A stretch of DNA of 64,000 bases from Rhizobacter sp. (GCA_019635355.1 JAHBZQ010000001.1:4257220-4321219); one strand, 5' to 3'. Positions 1 to 10,064 are shown, counted from the stretch's first letter. Program-made: numbers and translations. The notes: generated by a model not told the origin, from the sequence alone.

Positions 1-621
1 CAGCACGTCGAGGCTCGCGTCGAGCTCGTTGAGCAGCATCACGAAGGGCGCGCGCGGGTGGAGCGCCAGATGGCGTGGGCCGGCCTCGGTGCGCATCGCA
101 AGCGGGTAGGGCTCGTTGGGCGAGAGCGCGCCGGTGTCGGCATCGAAGCGGAACTGCAGGATGTGCCCGCCGCCGAGCGAGGTGGCGAGCACGTGGCGAT
201 TGCCCGGCAGCACGCGGATGCAGTGTGCCTTGGGAGCGGTGGGGATCTGCTGCGTGGACGGCCGCGGCTTGCCATCGGCACCGATCGGGCTCACCGCGAC
301 GATGTTGCCGCCATAGGAGGCGCTGAAGAGCCAGCGGCCGGTCTCGTCGGTCGACAGGTAGGCCATGCTGTCGGGCAGCGGCGCTTCGGCGAGTTTCGTG
401 AGGCGACCGCTCTGGGGGTCGATGCCGAAGGCCACGGCCGCGAGCGGCTCGCTGCGCCGTGCAGCGTAGAGGAAGCGCTGGTCGGGGCTGATGGCGATGG
501 GCATCACCATGCCGCTGACCTCAGCCGTCTGCAGCGTGGTCAGCGTGCCGGCGCTCTCATCGAGCGACAACACCGAGATGTCGCCGCTGTCGGCATTGCT
601 CACATAGACGACGGTGCCCAC
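1..621 (-). CDS. Lactonase, 6-phosphogluconolactonase/Pgl beta-propeller family (UxuL-like aldarolactone hydrolase by context); C-terminus runs off the left edge
   Basis: Not in the ORF track because there is no stop in the window. Manual translation from GTG at 621: VGTVVYVSNADSGDISVLSLD...PMAISPDQRFLYAA-like repeat (PIAISPDQRFLYAARR)...SMAYLSTDETGRWLFSASYGGN...KAHCI...AGPRHLALHPRAPFVMLLNEL, typical Pgl-family repeats. It directly follows the TRAP genes. Confidence 0.85.
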   Translation of the reverse strand, partial: MGTVVYVSNADSGDISVLSLDESAGTLTTLQTAEVSGMVMPIAISPDQRFLYAARRSEPLAAVAFGIDPQSGRLTKLAEAPLPDSMAYLSTDETGRWLFSASYGGNIVAVSPIGADGKPRPSTQQIPTAPKAHCIRVLPGNRHVLATSLGGGHILQFRFDADTGALSPNEPYPLAMRTEAGPRHLALHPRAPFVMLLNELDASLDVL

Positions 622-628
622 ATGCGCC

Positions 629-1912
629 TCACTTCAGGATCAGGTTGGGCAGCCACATCGCGAAGCCCGGCACGTAGGTCACGAGCATCAGCGCGAAGAT
701 CAGCGCGCCGTAGAAGGGCCAGATGGTCTTCATCACCGTGCCCACCGAGACCTCGCCGATGGTGCAGCCCACGAACTGCGTGGTGCCCACCGGCGGTGTG
801 TTGAGGCCGAGCGCGCAGTTGATCAGCATCACGATGCCGAACTGCTCGGTCGTCATGCCGTACTGCTGGCAGATGGGCAGGAAGATCGGCGTGCAGATGA
901 GGATCGTCGCCGCCATGTCGAGGAAGGTGCCCAGCACGAAGAGGATGATGTTCACCCACAGGAAGATCACCCAGGGCGAGCTCGTCATCGAGGCGAGTGC
1001 CTTGCCCGTCAGCTCGGCCACGCCGTAGAGGCCGATCAGGTAGCCGAACATCGAGCTGATGCCGATCAGCAGCAGCACGGTGCCGGTGGTCTTCACCGCT
1101 TTCGCGGCCGCCTTCAGGAACTGCTCGCGCGTGAGGCGCTTGTAGACGAGCGCCGCAAGGAAGAGCGCCCACACCACCGCGACCGACGCCGACTCGGTGG
1201 CGGTGAACGCGCCCGACAAGATGCCCGCGATGATGATCACGACCACCAGCAGGCCCGGCAGCGAGAGCGCGAACGACTGCCCGACGATGGCCCAGCCCGG
1301 GAACTTGCCCGCCGGGTAGCCGCGCTTCACGGCCACGAAGTAGGCCGCCGCGAGGTTGCAGACCGTGAGGATGATCGCCGGCACGATGCCCGCGAGGATG
1401 AGCGCGGCGATGCTCACCTTGCCGCTGGCCGCGAGCGTGAAGATGATGAGGTTGTGCGAGGTGGGCATCAGCGCGCCCACCAGCGACGCGTGCGTGGTCA
1501 CGTTGACCGCGTAGTCGGCGTCGTAGCCTTCCTTCTTCATCTGCGGGATCAGCACTGCGCCCATCGCCGACACGTCGGCCACTGGCGAGCCCGACACGCC
1601 GCCGAAGAGCGTGCAGGCGAGCACGTTGCTCATGCCGAGGCCGCCACGCACGTGGCCCGCCACGGCTTTCGCGAAGTCGATGATCTTGTCGGCGATGCCG
1701 CCGTACATCATGATTTCGCCGGCGAAGATGAAGAACGGGATCGCGAGGAACGAGAACGGGTTCATCCCCGAGATCATTTGCTGGAAGCCGACCGCGAGCG
1801 GCAGGCCTTCGTACAGGATGGTCGCGAGCGACGAGAGCCCGATGGAGAACGCCACCGGCACGCCGAGCAGCAGCAGCACCAGGAAGCTCACGCAGAGGAT
1901 GGTCAGTGCCAT
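629..1912 (-). CDS. dctM: TRAP transporter large permease
   Basis: 427 aa, highly hydrophobic; LAIPFFIFAGEIM, FGGVSGSPVAD and GLNTPPVG DctM motifs. Confidence 0.95.
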   Translation of the reverse strand: MALTILCVSFLVLLLLGVPVAFSIGLSSLATILYEGLPLAVGFQQMISGMNPFSFLAIPFFIFAGEIMMYGGIADKIIDFAKAVAGHVRGGLGMSNVLACTLFGGVSGSPVADVSAMGAVLIPQMKKEGYDADYAVNVTTHASLVGALMPTSHNLIIFTLAASGKVSIAALILAGIVPAIILTVCNLAAAYFVAVKRGYPAGKFPGWAIVGQSFALSLPGLLVVVIIIAGILSGAFTATESASVAVVWALFLAALVYKRLTREQFLKAAAKAVKTTGTVLLLIGISSMFGYLIGLYGVAELTGKALASMTSSPWVIFLWVNIILFVLGTFLDMAATILICTPIFLPICQQYGMTTEQFGIVMLINCALGLNTPPVGTTQFVGCTIGEVSVGTVMKTIWPFYGALIFALMLVTYVPGFAMWLPNLILK

Positions 1913-2391
1913 GACGGGACCACCTCTTCACCACGCACCAGCGCAATGATGTGCTCGACAGAGAACATCGCCACCAGCACACCCGCCACCGCGGGCGGGG
2001 CGTACTTGAAGGCTTCGGAGACACCGAGCGTCGGGATCTTGTAGCCCGACACGCTCTCGGCGAGCAGCCCGCAGTTCCAGGCCATCAAGAGCCCGAAGAC
2101 CAACACCAGCACGTGGATCAGGAGTTCCATCTTGAGCCGCAGCCACTCGGGGGCGAGCGCGAGAAAACTCTCCAGCCCGATGTGCCCCGCGTCGCGCACA
2201 CCCACCGCCATGCCGAGCATGGTCACGTAGAGCACCAGCAGCACGGCCGAGCTTTCGGCCCAGGTGGGGGTGTCGTTGAAGATGTAGCGGCCGATCACCT
2301 GGTAGAGCACGGCGATGATCAGCAGCACGAGGCCGGCCACGCCCAGGCGCAGGCACAGCCGCGCGATGGCGGCGCAGAGGCGGGTGTACAT
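1903..2391 (-). CDS. dctQ: TRAP transporter small permease
   Basis: 162 aa, 4 TM; VIGRYIFNDTPTWAE and HIGLE motifs; overlaps the dctM start. Confidence 0.93.
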   Translation of the reverse strand: MYTRLCAAIARLCLRLGVAGLVLLIIAVLYQVIGRYIFNDTPTWAESSAVLLVLYVTMLGMAVGVRDAGHIGLESFLALAPEWLRLKMELLIHVLVLVFGLLMAWNCGLLAESVSGYKIPTLGVSEAFKYAPPAVAGVLVAMFSVEHIIALVRGEEVVPSWH

Positions 2392-2442
2392 GGAGAGGGA
2401 CTTCTTCTCGTCTCGGGTCGGGTCAGAGGGGTGTGGTGAGGC

Positions 2443-3411
2443 TTACTTGACCTCGCCGATGCGCTTGACCATCGCCTGCAGCTTCGGGTCGGTGAGGAAC
2501 TTGTCGTACACCGGCTTCATGGCCGACTGGAACGAGGCCTTGTCCACTTCGATGATCTCGGCGCCACCGGCCTTCACCGTGGCGAGCGACTTGGCTTCGC
2601 GCTCGTCCCAGAGCTTGCGCATGTAGACCACCGACTCCTTGGCCGCGTCGCGGATGATCTTCTGCTCGTTGGGCGGCAGGGTGTCCCACACACGCTTGGA
2701 GAAGAGCAGGATCTCCGGGGCCATCGAGTGCTCGGTTTTGTTGAAGTACTTGGCGACTTCGAAGTGGCGGCTGCTCTCGTAGCTGGGGTAGTTGTTTTCC
2801 GCCGCGTCGACCAGGCCGGTCTTGAGCGCGGTGTAGACCTCGCCGAAAGGCATCGGCGTGGCGTTGGCGCCCATCGCGCCCATCAGCGCCACCCACAGGT
2901 CGCTCTGCTGCACGCGGATCTTCATGCCCTTGGTGTCGGCGATGCTCTTGACTGGCTTCTTCACCGAGTAGATCGAGCGCGAGCCCGAGTCGTAGAAGGC
3001 GAGGCCGATGAAGCCTTGTGCTTCGCAGTCCTTCAGGATCTCGTCGCCGATGGCGCCGTCGAGCACCTTGCGCATGTGCTCGGTGGAGCGGAAGAGGAAG
3101 GGCATGGTCGGCACCATGGTGGCCGGGCAGATGTTGTTCATCGGCGCGACGTTCACGCGCGTCATCGCGAGCGCGCCGAGCTTGGTCTGCTCGATGGTGT
3201 CTTTCTCGGCGCCGAGGGCCGACTTGGCGAACACCTTCACGCTGTGCTTGCCGTTCGTCGCCTTGGCGATGGTCTCGCCCATGTGGCGCACGGCCAGCAC
3301 GGTGGGGTAGTCCTCGGGGTGGATGTCGGAGGAGCGGAATTCGGTGGCCTGTGTGGCAAATGGCGCTGTGCCGAGGGCGAGCAAGGCGGCGAGGGCAATC
3401 AGTTTTTTCAT
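2443..3411 (-). CDS. dctP: TRAP substrate-binding protein (uronate/aldarate type by context)
   Basis: True start [11 protein letters not shown] at 3411 with GGAG RBS and signal peptide; [29 protein letters not shown] and HSMAPE DctP motifs. Confidence 0.95.
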   Translation of the reverse strand: MKKLIALAALLALGTAPFATQATEFRSSDIHPEDYPTVLAVRHMGETIAKATNGKHSVKVFAKSALGAEKDTIEQTKLGALAMTRVNVAPMNNICPATMVPTMPFLFRSTEHMRKVLDGAIGDEILKDCEAQGFIGLAFYDSGSRSIYSVKKPVKSIADTKGMKIRVQQSDLWVALMGAMGANATPMPFGEVYTALKTGLVDAAENNYPSYESSRHFEVAKYFNKTEHSMAPEILLFSKRVWDTLPPNEQKIIRDAAKESVVYMRKLWDEREAKSLATVKAGGAEIIEVDKASFQSAMKPVYDKFLTDPKLQAMVKRIGEVK

Positions 3412-3440
3412 GTCGTGTCTCCTGGTGGAATGGGTGGGGC

Positions 3441-4259
3441 TTATTCGAATGGGCCGGTGCGCGTGAACGCGCCGCCCTGGTAGATGACGGCGGGGTCGTT
3501 CAAGTCGAGCGTCGGGTGGCGCGCTTCGACGGCGGCGCGGAATGGTTCGGAGCTGTCCTGCGGGCGGTAGCCGATGTGCCGGGCGAGCGTGTTGTCCCAC
3601 CAGGTGGTGGCGTTGTCGCTCATGCCGTAGATGATGGAATGGCCCACCACCGGCGCGGTGAGGCTCGCCATCACCAGGCGCTCGAGGTCGTCGTAGCTCA
3701 TCCAGGTGGCCAGCATGCGGCGGTCTTTCGGCTCGGGGAATGAGGAGCCAATGCGCAGGCACACGGTCTCGATGCCGAAGCGGTCCCAGTAGTAGCGCGA
3801 GAGGTTCTCGCCGTAGGCCTTCGAGATGCCGTAGTGGCCATCGGGGCGCAGCGGGGCATGGGCGTCGATCACCTCGTCTTGCCGGTAGAAGCCGGTGACG
3901 TGGTTGCTGCTCGCGAAGACGATGCGCTTCACGCCCTGCTTGCGCGCGGCTTCGTAGAGGTTGTAGGTGCCGACGATGTTGGCCTGCAGGATCGCATCGA
4001 ACGGCTGCTCGGTCGACACGCCGCCGAGGTGCACCACCGCATCCACCCCCGCCAGCAGCGCCAGCATGGCCTCGCGGTCTTCGAGTCTGGCGGGGCGCAG
4101 CTCTTCGCCAGCGGCGGCGTGGCCGAGATCGGCGATGTCGGACAGGCGCAGCGTGTCGCAATAAGCCTTCAGCCGGCCGCGCAGCTCGCGGCCCAGGCCG
4201 CCGGCCGCGCCGGTCATCAACAAGCGGGAGAAGCGCAGGGGCGTGACGGCAGCAGGCAT
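3441..4259 (-). CDS. udh: Uronate dehydrogenase (NAD-dependent, extended SDR)
   Basis: TGAAGGLG Rossmann motif, [24 protein letters not shown] catalytic Yxxx[19 protein letters not shown]; context of TRAP and lactonase. Confidence 0.88.
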   Translation of the reverse strand: MPAAVTPLRFSRLLMTGAAGGLGRELRGRLKAYCDTLRLSDIADLGHAAAGEELRPARLEDREAMLALLAGVDAVVHLGGVSTEQPFDAILQANIVGTYNLYEAARKQGVKRIVFASSNHVTGFYRQDEVIDAHAPLRPDGHYGISKAYGENLSRYYWDRFGIETVCLRIGSSFPEPKDRRMLATWMSYDDLERLVMASLTAPVVGHSIIYGMSDNATTWWDNTLARHIGYRPQDSSEPFRAAVEARHPTLDLNDPAVIYQGGAFTRTGPFE

Positions 4260-4346
4260 GGCAACGGGCTCAGTCGGGCGTCAGAGAGGGCAGGGAAGCA
4301 TCGAGGGCAAGGCAGTCGGCAGAACGCCAGACACGCCTCGGGCCGG

Positions 4347-4368
4347 TGTTGTAGGTTGTCGTACAACA
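4347..4368. promoter_or_regulatory. Candidate FadR/GntR (GguR-like) operator between udh and the pectate lyase gene
   Basis: TGTTGTA-GGTTGTCG-TACAACA inverted repeat containing GTTGTCGTACAAC (4355-4367). Confidence 0.7.
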
Positions 4369-4491
4369 GAGCGATCGTCGTTGATGGCCGGGTGGGCTCA
4401 TAGCGGGCTAACCCTGATTCTTCGGGATGCCCTGGAGCGCGCAGGGGTCACCTCTTGGCGGCGAGTCGTGATGAAACGCACACTCCGCCGC

Positions 4492-4510
4492 TCAGTCATA
4501 CGATGACTGA
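4492..4510. promoter_or_regulatory. Candidate GntR-family operator upstream of the pectate lyase gene
   Basis: Perfect palindrome TCAGTCAT-ACG-ATGACTGA; its core GTCATACGATGAC fits the 13-mer seen at 4355, 6443 and 7298. Confidence 0.65.
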
Positions 4511-4544
4511 TGACTCAGATCAAACTTCACAGAGGAGACAACCC

Positions 4545-6386
4545 ATGCAACGAAGGATGTTCGTGATGTCCAGCCTGGCGCCGGTGGCGCTGACCGCCTG
4601 CGGCGGAGGCGAGGACGCCACCCAGACCGTGGCCACGACCGACGGCGAGCGCGCCGCGGCCCTGCAGGCGCCGGCCACCCCCACGCCGCCGGCCACCGGC
4701 ACACGCGCCGCGGCGCTCGACGCGATGAAACGCGCCGCGAAGTTCATGAACGAGACCGTGTCGTACCGCGGCGGCTACGTGTGGCAGTACCTGCCCGACT
4801 TCTCGACCATCTGGGGCGAGATGGAGGCCAAGCGCACGATGTGCTGGATCCAACCTCCCGGCACGCCGACCGCGGGCCACGCCTTCCTCGACGCCTACCA
4901 CGCCACCGGCTCGGAGTATTTCTACGACGCGGCCCACCGCACCGCGAAGGCACTCGTCGAAGCGCAACACCCGGCGGGCGGCTGGAACTACATCTACGAC
5001 TTCGCCGGCGAACGCTCGCTGCGCCAGTGGTACACGACCATCGGCGCCAACGGTTGGCGGCTCGAGGAGTTCCAGCACTACTACGGCAACGCCACCTTCG
5101 ACGATGCGGGCACGGCGGTGTCGTCGCAGTTCCTGCTGCGCATGTATTTGGAAAAGCGCGACCCGCGTTTCCTCGTGCCGGTGCTCAAGGCGATCAGCTT
5201 CGTGCTCTCGGCGCAGTTCAAGGGGGGCGTGGCCGATGGTGGCTGGCCGCAGCGCTGGCCGGTGAACCCGAACGCGATCTCGTCGATGCCGCGGCCCAAC
5301 CCGCAGCAGCTGCCCGAGGGCTCGTGGGCCGGCATGGAAGACGGCGACTACACCACGATGGTCACCTTCAACGACGACGTGGCCGGCGAGAACATCAAGT
5401 TCCTGCTGATGTGCGTGGTGGGCCTGGGCGCGACGCACCTGGTGCCTTACATCCACCGCGCGATGGAGTGCCTGCGCCGCCTGCAGCAGCCCGGCCCGCA
5501 AGCCGGCTGGGGCCTGCAGCACCTGGCGACCGACCGCAACGGCCGGCCGGCCGGCGCCCCCGCGGCGGCCCGCAGCTACGAGCCGCGCGGCCTGGCCACG
5601 CACACCACGCAGACCAACGTGCAGCAGCTCTTCAACTACTTCCGCCTCACCGGCGACCGCAAGTACCTGGCACGCGTGCCCGAAGCGCTCGACTGGCTGG
5701 AGACCTGCAAGCTCACGCCGCAGCAGATCGCCGACAACCCGCTGCTGGCCGGCCGCACGCACCCGACTTACATCGAGCTCGGCACCAACGTCGGCCGCTT
5801 CGTGCACCGCTACGGCTCCAACATCTGGAACGGCGCGTACTACTTCAACCACGACCACCGCAACACGCTGAGCCACTACTCGCAAGGCCGCAACATCAAC
5901 ATCACCGGCATGCGCGCGACCTACGAGCAGCTCAACTCGATGACCGATGCGCAAGTGGCCGAGCTGGTTGCACGTTCACCGCTCAACACGAAGAAGCCGC
6001 GCGCGCTGCCCAAGTACTTCTCCATCCGCGAGGTCGACTTCCCCGACCTCTACGAGGGCGCGGTCATGACCACCCCCACGGTGACCGAAGCGCAGGCGCA
6101 GGCGGTGGTCGACGACCTCGGCAGCAAGAACCACTGGCTCACACGGCTGCCGCAGGTCACCAACGCCTACAAGGGCAACGGCCCGGCCACGCCGCACCTC
6201 GGCAACGAGTACATGAGCAAGCACGTGGGCGACGTGTACGACACCTCGCCCTACGACGCGGCCGACCCGCCGCGCATCGACCCCTATGTGGTGAAAGAGC
6301 AGCCGCTGGGCATCTCCACCGCGAACTGGGTGTCGAACATGGGGCGGCTGATTGCCTTCGTGTCGCCGGTGACGGCCTCGGCGTGA
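4545..6386 (+). CDS. Pectate lyase, polysaccharide lyase family 10 (PelA-like), predicted lipoprotein
   Basis: Start MQRRMFVMSSLAPVALTAC (lipobox LTAC) behind an AGAGGAG RBS; PL10-like motifs ATFDDAGT, GGWPQ, TFNDD, WGLQH and ARSYEP. Confidence 0.8.
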   Translation: MQRRMFVMSSLAPVALTACGGGEDATQTVATTDGERAAALQAPATPTPPATGTRAAALDAMKRAAKFMNETVSYRGGYVWQYLPDFSTIWGEMEAKRTMCWIQPPGTPTAGHAFLDAYHATGSEYFYDAAHRTAKALVEAQHPAGGWNYIYDFAGERSLRQWYTTIGANGWRLEEFQHYYGNATFDDAGTAVSSQFLLRMYLEKRDPRFLVPVLKAISFVLSAQFKGGVADGGWPQRWPVNPNAISSMPRPNPQQLPEGSWAGMEDGDYTTMVTFNDDVAGENIKFLLMCVVGLGATHLVPYIHRAMECLRRLQQPGPQAGWGLQHLATDRNGRPAGAPAAARSYEPRGLATHTTQTNVQQLFNYFRLTGDRKYLARVPEALDWLETCKLTPQQIADNPLLAGRTHPTYIELGTNVGRFVHRYGSNIWNGAYYFNHDHRNTLSHYSQGRNINITGMRATYEQLNSMTDAQVAELVARSPLNTKKPRALPKYFSIREVDFPDLYEGAVMTTPTVTEAQAQAVVDDLGSKNHWLTRLPQVTNAYKGNGPATPHLGNEYMSKHVGDVYDTSPYDAADPPRIDPYVVKEQPLGISTANWVSNMGRLIAFVSPVTASA

Positions 6387-6402
6387 TGGCGTTCTGAGGG
6401 TC

Positions 6403-6430
6403 CGGCCCGGCACCACCGCGTGCCGGGCCG
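6403..6430. terminator. GC-rich hairpin after the lyase gene (terminator or mRNA-stabilising stem)
   Basis: CGGCCCGGCAC-CACCGC-GTGCCGGGCCG, 11-bp perfect stem, no clear U-tract. Confidence 0.45.
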
Positions 6431-6442
6431 CGCTACATTTCT

Positions 6443-6455
6443 GTCGTCATACAAC
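6443..6455. promoter_or_regulatory. Candidate autoregulatory GntR operator
   Basis: GTCGTCATACAAC (reverse complement GTTGTATGACGAC), 16 bp before the regulator start. Confidence 0.6.
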
Positions 6456-6471
6456 CAGCTCCGCCTTCCGA

Positions 6472-7212
6472 ATGAACCTGCCCGCCGCGGCCAGCAAGCG
6501 ATCCAAACCCCGCAACCTGGCGATGGATCTTGTCGACGCCTTGACCGAGCAGGTGCGCGCGGGTGCGCTCGAGATCGGCGCCAAGCTGCCGACCGAGGCG
6601 GCCATCATGGAAGCCTTCGGCGTGAGCCGCACCGTGGTGCGCGAGGCCTTGTCGAAGCTGCAGGCCTCGGGCGTGGTGCAGACCCGCCACGGCATCGGCA
6701 CCTTCGTGGTCGGCCTCGGCGATGCGAGCGCCTTCCGCATCGGACCCGAGCAGCTCGCCACGCTGCGCGACGTGATCTCGGTGCTGGAGCTGCGCATCGG
6801 CGTGGAGACCGAAGCGGCGGCGCTCGCCGCCCAGCGCCGCACCGAAGAGAACCTCGTGGTCATGCGCCAGGCGCTCGACGAGTTCGGCGCCGCGGTGGAG
6901 GCGGGGCGCGATGCGGTCGCGGCCGACTTCACCTTCCACTCCGAGCTGGCGAAGGCGACGCAGAACCCGCGCTATGCCGACCTGATCGGCGCGCTCGGCA
7001 TCACCGCCATCCCGCGCGTGCGCCTGCAGCCCGAACGCTCCGAAGAGGCCGAGCGGCTGGAATACCTGCGGCGCGTGCACCGCGAGCACGAGAGCATCTA
7101 CGAGGCCATCGCCACGCAAGACGCCGAAGCGGCACGTGCCGCGATGCGCACCCACCTGACCAACAGCCGCGAGCGCCGCCGCCGCGCTGCGGCGATGGCC
7201 GCCAACGGCTGA
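6472..7212 (+). CDS. FadR/GntR-family transcriptional regulator (GguR-like by context)
   Basis: KLPTEAAIMEAFGVSRTVVREAL wHTH; FCD domain with ADFTFH...EHESI. Confidence 0.93.
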   Translation: MNLPAAASKRSKPRNLAMDLVDALTEQVRAGALEIGAKLPTEAAIMEAFGVSRTVVREALSKLQASGVVQTRHGIGTFVVGLGDASAFRIGPEQLATLRDVISVLELRIGVETEAAALAAQRRTEENLVVMRQALDEFGAAVEAGRDAVAADFTFHSELAKATQNPRYADLIGALGITAIPRVRLQPERSEEAERLEYLRRVHREHESIYEAIATQDAEAARAAMRTHLTNSRERRRRAAAMAANG

Positions 7213-7297
7213 AGCGCGCCGGCCCGGCGCGGGTCGGGCGATCTGCGCACGCCTGCCGGGCCTTGTGGGCACTACGCATTGCGACAAACCGACCCTA

Positions 7298-7317
7298 GTT
7301 GTACGATGACATACAAC
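7298..7317. promoter_or_regulatory. Candidate GntR operator upstream of the tctC-aldolase operon
   Basis: GTTGTA-CGATGACA-TACAAC, the same GTTGTA-N8-TACAAC architecture as 4348-4367. Confidence 0.7.
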
Positions 7318-7353
7318 AAAGGCGGACTTGCCGCCCATCCGAAGGAGACGTCC

Positions 7354-8307
7354 ATGCTCAAGCCCCTCTTGGCCGCCGCGTTGCTCGCGGCCTCGTCCGC
7401 TGGCGCACTCGCGCAGGCCTGGCCCGACAAGCCGCTGCGCATCGTGGTGCCCTACCCGCCCGGCGGCTCGTCCGACATCATTGCCCGCGCCATCAGCCAG
7501 CCGCTGTCGGACGCGCTCAAGCAGACGGTGATCGTGGAAAACAAGCCCGGCGCCAACGGCAACACCGGCACCGACTTCGTCGCCAAGAGCACCGATGGCC
7601 ACACGCTGCTGCTGTGCGACGTGGGCGCGCTGGCGATCTCGCCCTCGGTCTACCTGAAGCTGCCCTTCGACCCGTCGAAAGACCTGAAGGGCGTGAGCAT
7701 GCTGGCCTATTCGCCGCACCTGCTGGTGGTGAACCCGTCGGTGAAGGCGGGCAACCTCAAGGAGCTGGTTGCGCTGTCGCAGAAGGAGAAGATCGACTTC
7801 GCCGTCACCGCGATGGGCAGCGCCCCGCACCTCGCCGGCGTGGCCGTCGAGAAGGCGACCCAGGCCAAGTGGGAGTACATCCCGTACAAGGGCGGCTCGC
7901 AGGCCGTGGCCGACACCGTGGCCGGCCAGACGCACGTGGTGATGAACGGCATGCTGGCCACGCTGCCCTTCGTGCAGTCGGGCAAGCTGAAGGTGCTGGG
8001 CGTGTCGAAGAAGACGCGCGTGCCGCTGCTGCCCAACGTGCCGACGATTGCCGAGCAGGGCGTTGCGGGCTTCGAGTCGGGCACCTGGCAAGGCGTGCTG
8101 ATGCCGGCGTCCACGCCACCCGCGGTGGTATCGCGCGTGGCCACCGAGTTGGCGCGCATCATCCAGTCGCCCGAGATCCAGCAGCGCCTCGCCTCGCAAG
8201 GCGCCGAAGTGGCGGTGATCGCCCCGGCCGACTTCGGCCCCTTCTTCGAGCGCGAGCGCGCCAAATGGGCCAAGGTGGTGGCCGAGGGCAAGGTCACGAT
8301 CGACTGA
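7354..8307 (+). CDS. Bug/TctC tripartite tricarboxylate transporter substrate-binding protein
   Basis: Start MLKPLLAAALL after an AAGGAG RBS; VPYPPGGSSD, VENKPGANG and PYKGG Bug motifs. Confidence 0.95.
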   Translation: MLKPLLAAALLAASSAGALAQAWPDKPLRIVVPYPPGGSSDIIARAISQPLSDALKQTVIVENKPGANGNTGTDFVAKSTDGHTLLLCDVGALAISPSVYLKLPFDPSKDLKGVSMLAYSPHLLVVNPSVKAGNLKELVALSQKEKIDFAVTAMGSAPHLAGVAVEKATQAKWEYIPYKGGSQAVADTVAGQTHVVMNGMLATLPFVQSGKLKVLGVSKKTRVPLLPNVPTIAEQGVAGFESGTWQGVLMPASTPPAVVSRVATELARIIQSPEIQQRLASQGAEVAVIAPADFGPFFERERAKWAKVVAEGKVTID

Positions 8308-8344
8308 TCACCACGACGAACACAGAGACAACACAAGGACACCC

Positions 8345-9139
8345 ATGAGAAAGAACCGCCTGCGCACGATGTGGAAGGCCGGTGAAGCGGCCGTCAACGG
8401 CTGGCTCGCCATCCCCAACAGCTTCTCCGCCGAGACCATGGCCCACCAGGGCTGGGACACGCTCACCATCGACCTGCAGCACGGCGTGGTCGACTACCAG
8501 GCGATGGTCGGCATGCTGCAAGCCATCTCCACCACGCCCACCGTGCCGGTGGTGCGCGTGCCCTGGCTGGAGCCGGGCATCCTGATGAAGACGCTCGATG
8601 CGGGCGCCTACGGCGTGATCTGCCCGATGGTGAGCACGCGCGAAGACGCGCAGAAGCTCGTGGCCTACACCAGCTATGCACCCAAGGGCACGCGCAGCTT
8701 CGGGCCGATCCGCGCGCTGCTGTACGGCGGCGCCGACTACCCGCAGCACGCCAACGACACCATCGTGCGCTTCGCGATGATCGAAACGGCTCAGGCGCTC
8801 GACAACCTCGACGACATCCTGAGCGTGGAAGGTCTCGACGCGATCTACATCGGCCCGTCGGACCTGTCGCTCGCGCTCGGCTGCAAGCCCACCTTCGACG
8901 AGGTCGACCCGAAGGCCGCGCAGGCCATCGACCACATCCTCGCGCGGGCCAAGCACCACGGCGTCGTCGCCGGCATCCACAACGGCGGGCCCGAGGCGGC
9001 GCTGGCGCGCATTGCCAAGGGTTTCCAGTTCGTGACGGTGGGCTCCGATGCACGGCTGATGGCGGCCGGCGCGCAAGCCGTGGTCGGCAAGATGAAGGCG
9101 GGCCGCACGGCTGGCGATGCCGGCTCGGGCTCCTACTGA
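8345..9139 (+). CDS. HpcH/HpaI-family class II aldolase (GarL-like 5-keto-4-deoxy-aldarate aldolase by context)
   Basis: DLQHG, VRVP, YAPKGTRSFG, MIET and IGPSDLS motifs. Confidence 0.88.
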   Translation: MRKNRLRTMWKAGEAAVNGWLAIPNSFSAETMAHQGWDTLTIDLQHGVVDYQAMVGMLQAISTTPTVPVVRVPWLEPGILMKTLDAGAYGVICPMVSTREDAQKLVAYTSYAPKGTRSFGPIRALLYGGADYPQHANDTIVRFAMIETAQALDNLDDILSVEGLDAIYIGPSDLSLALGCKPTFDEVDPKAAQAIDHILARAKHHGVVAGIHNGGPEAALARIAKGFQFVTVGSDARLMAAGAQAVVGKMKAGRTAGDAGSGSY

Positions 9140-9160
9140 TTTCGATTCGAGGACATCACC

Positions 9161-10045
9161 ATGAAGGTTGGATTCATCGGCCTGGGCATCATGGGCGCGC
9201 CCATGTGCGGCCACCTCATCGCGGCGGGCCACGAGCTTTTCGTGCACACGCGCAGCAAGGCGCCGGCCGGGATCGCCGAGAAAGCGATCAGCTGCCCCGA
9301 TGCGGCGACCGTCGCGCAATCGGCCGAGGTCGTGATCCTGATGCTGCCCGACACGCCCGACGTGGCGAAGGTGCTCTTCGGTGAGAAGGGCGTGGCGGCG
9401 GGCCTGTCCAAGGGCAAGGTCGTGGTCGACATGAGTTCGATCTCGCCGATGGACACGAAGGAGTTCGCCAAGAAGATCGAAGCGCTCGGCTGCGACTACG
9501 TCGACGCGCCGGTCTCGGGAGGCGAAGTCGGCGCCAAGGCCGCCTCGCTCACCATCATGTGCGGCGGCAAGGAAAGCGCCTTCGAACGTGTGAAGCCGCT
9601 CTTCGAGAAGATGGGCAAGAACATCACGCTGGTGGGCGGCGTGGGCGACGGCCAGACCACCAAGGTCGCCAACCAGATCATCGTCGCGCTCAACATCGCG
9701 GCCGTGAGCGAAGCGCTCGTCTTCGCGAGCAAGGCCGGCGCCGACCCGGCCAAGGTGCGCCAGGCGCTGATGGGCGGCTTTGCCGCCAGCCGCATCCTCG
9801 AAGTGCATGGCGAGCGCATGATCAAGCGCACCTTCAACCCGGGCTTTCGCATCGGGCTGCACCTGAAGGATTTGAACCTCGCGCTGCAGGGTGCCCGCAC
9901 GCTGGGCGTGTCGCTGCCGCAGACGGCCGGCGCCGCGCAGCTGATGCAGGCCGTGGCCGCCCACGGCGGCGGCGAGCTCGACCACTCGGCGCTCGTGAAG
10001 GCGCTGGAGCTGATGGCCGATCACCCGGTGATGCCCGACGCTTGA
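9161..10045 (+). CDS. glxR: 2-hydroxy-3-oxopropionate (tartronate semialdehyde) reductase
   Basis: GFIGLGIMG, DAPVSGG, KVANQIIVALNIAAVSE and FNPGFRIGLHLKDL. Confidence 0.9.
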   Translation: MKVGFIGLGIMGAPMCGHLIAAGHELFVHTRSKAPAGIAEKAISCPDAATVAQSAEVVILMLPDTPDVAKVLFGEKGVAAGLSKGKVVVDMSSISPMDTKEFAKKIEALGCDYVDAPVSGGEVGAKAASLTIMCGGKESAFERVKPLFEKMGKNITLVGGVGDGQTTKVANQIIVALNIAAVSEALVFASKAGADPAKVRQALMGGFAASRILEVHGERMIKRTFNPGFRIGLHLKDLNLALQGARTLGVSLPQTAGAAQLMQAVAAHGGGELDHSALVKALELMADHPVMPDA

Positions 10046-10064
10046 TGAGGTTCAGAATCGCCGC

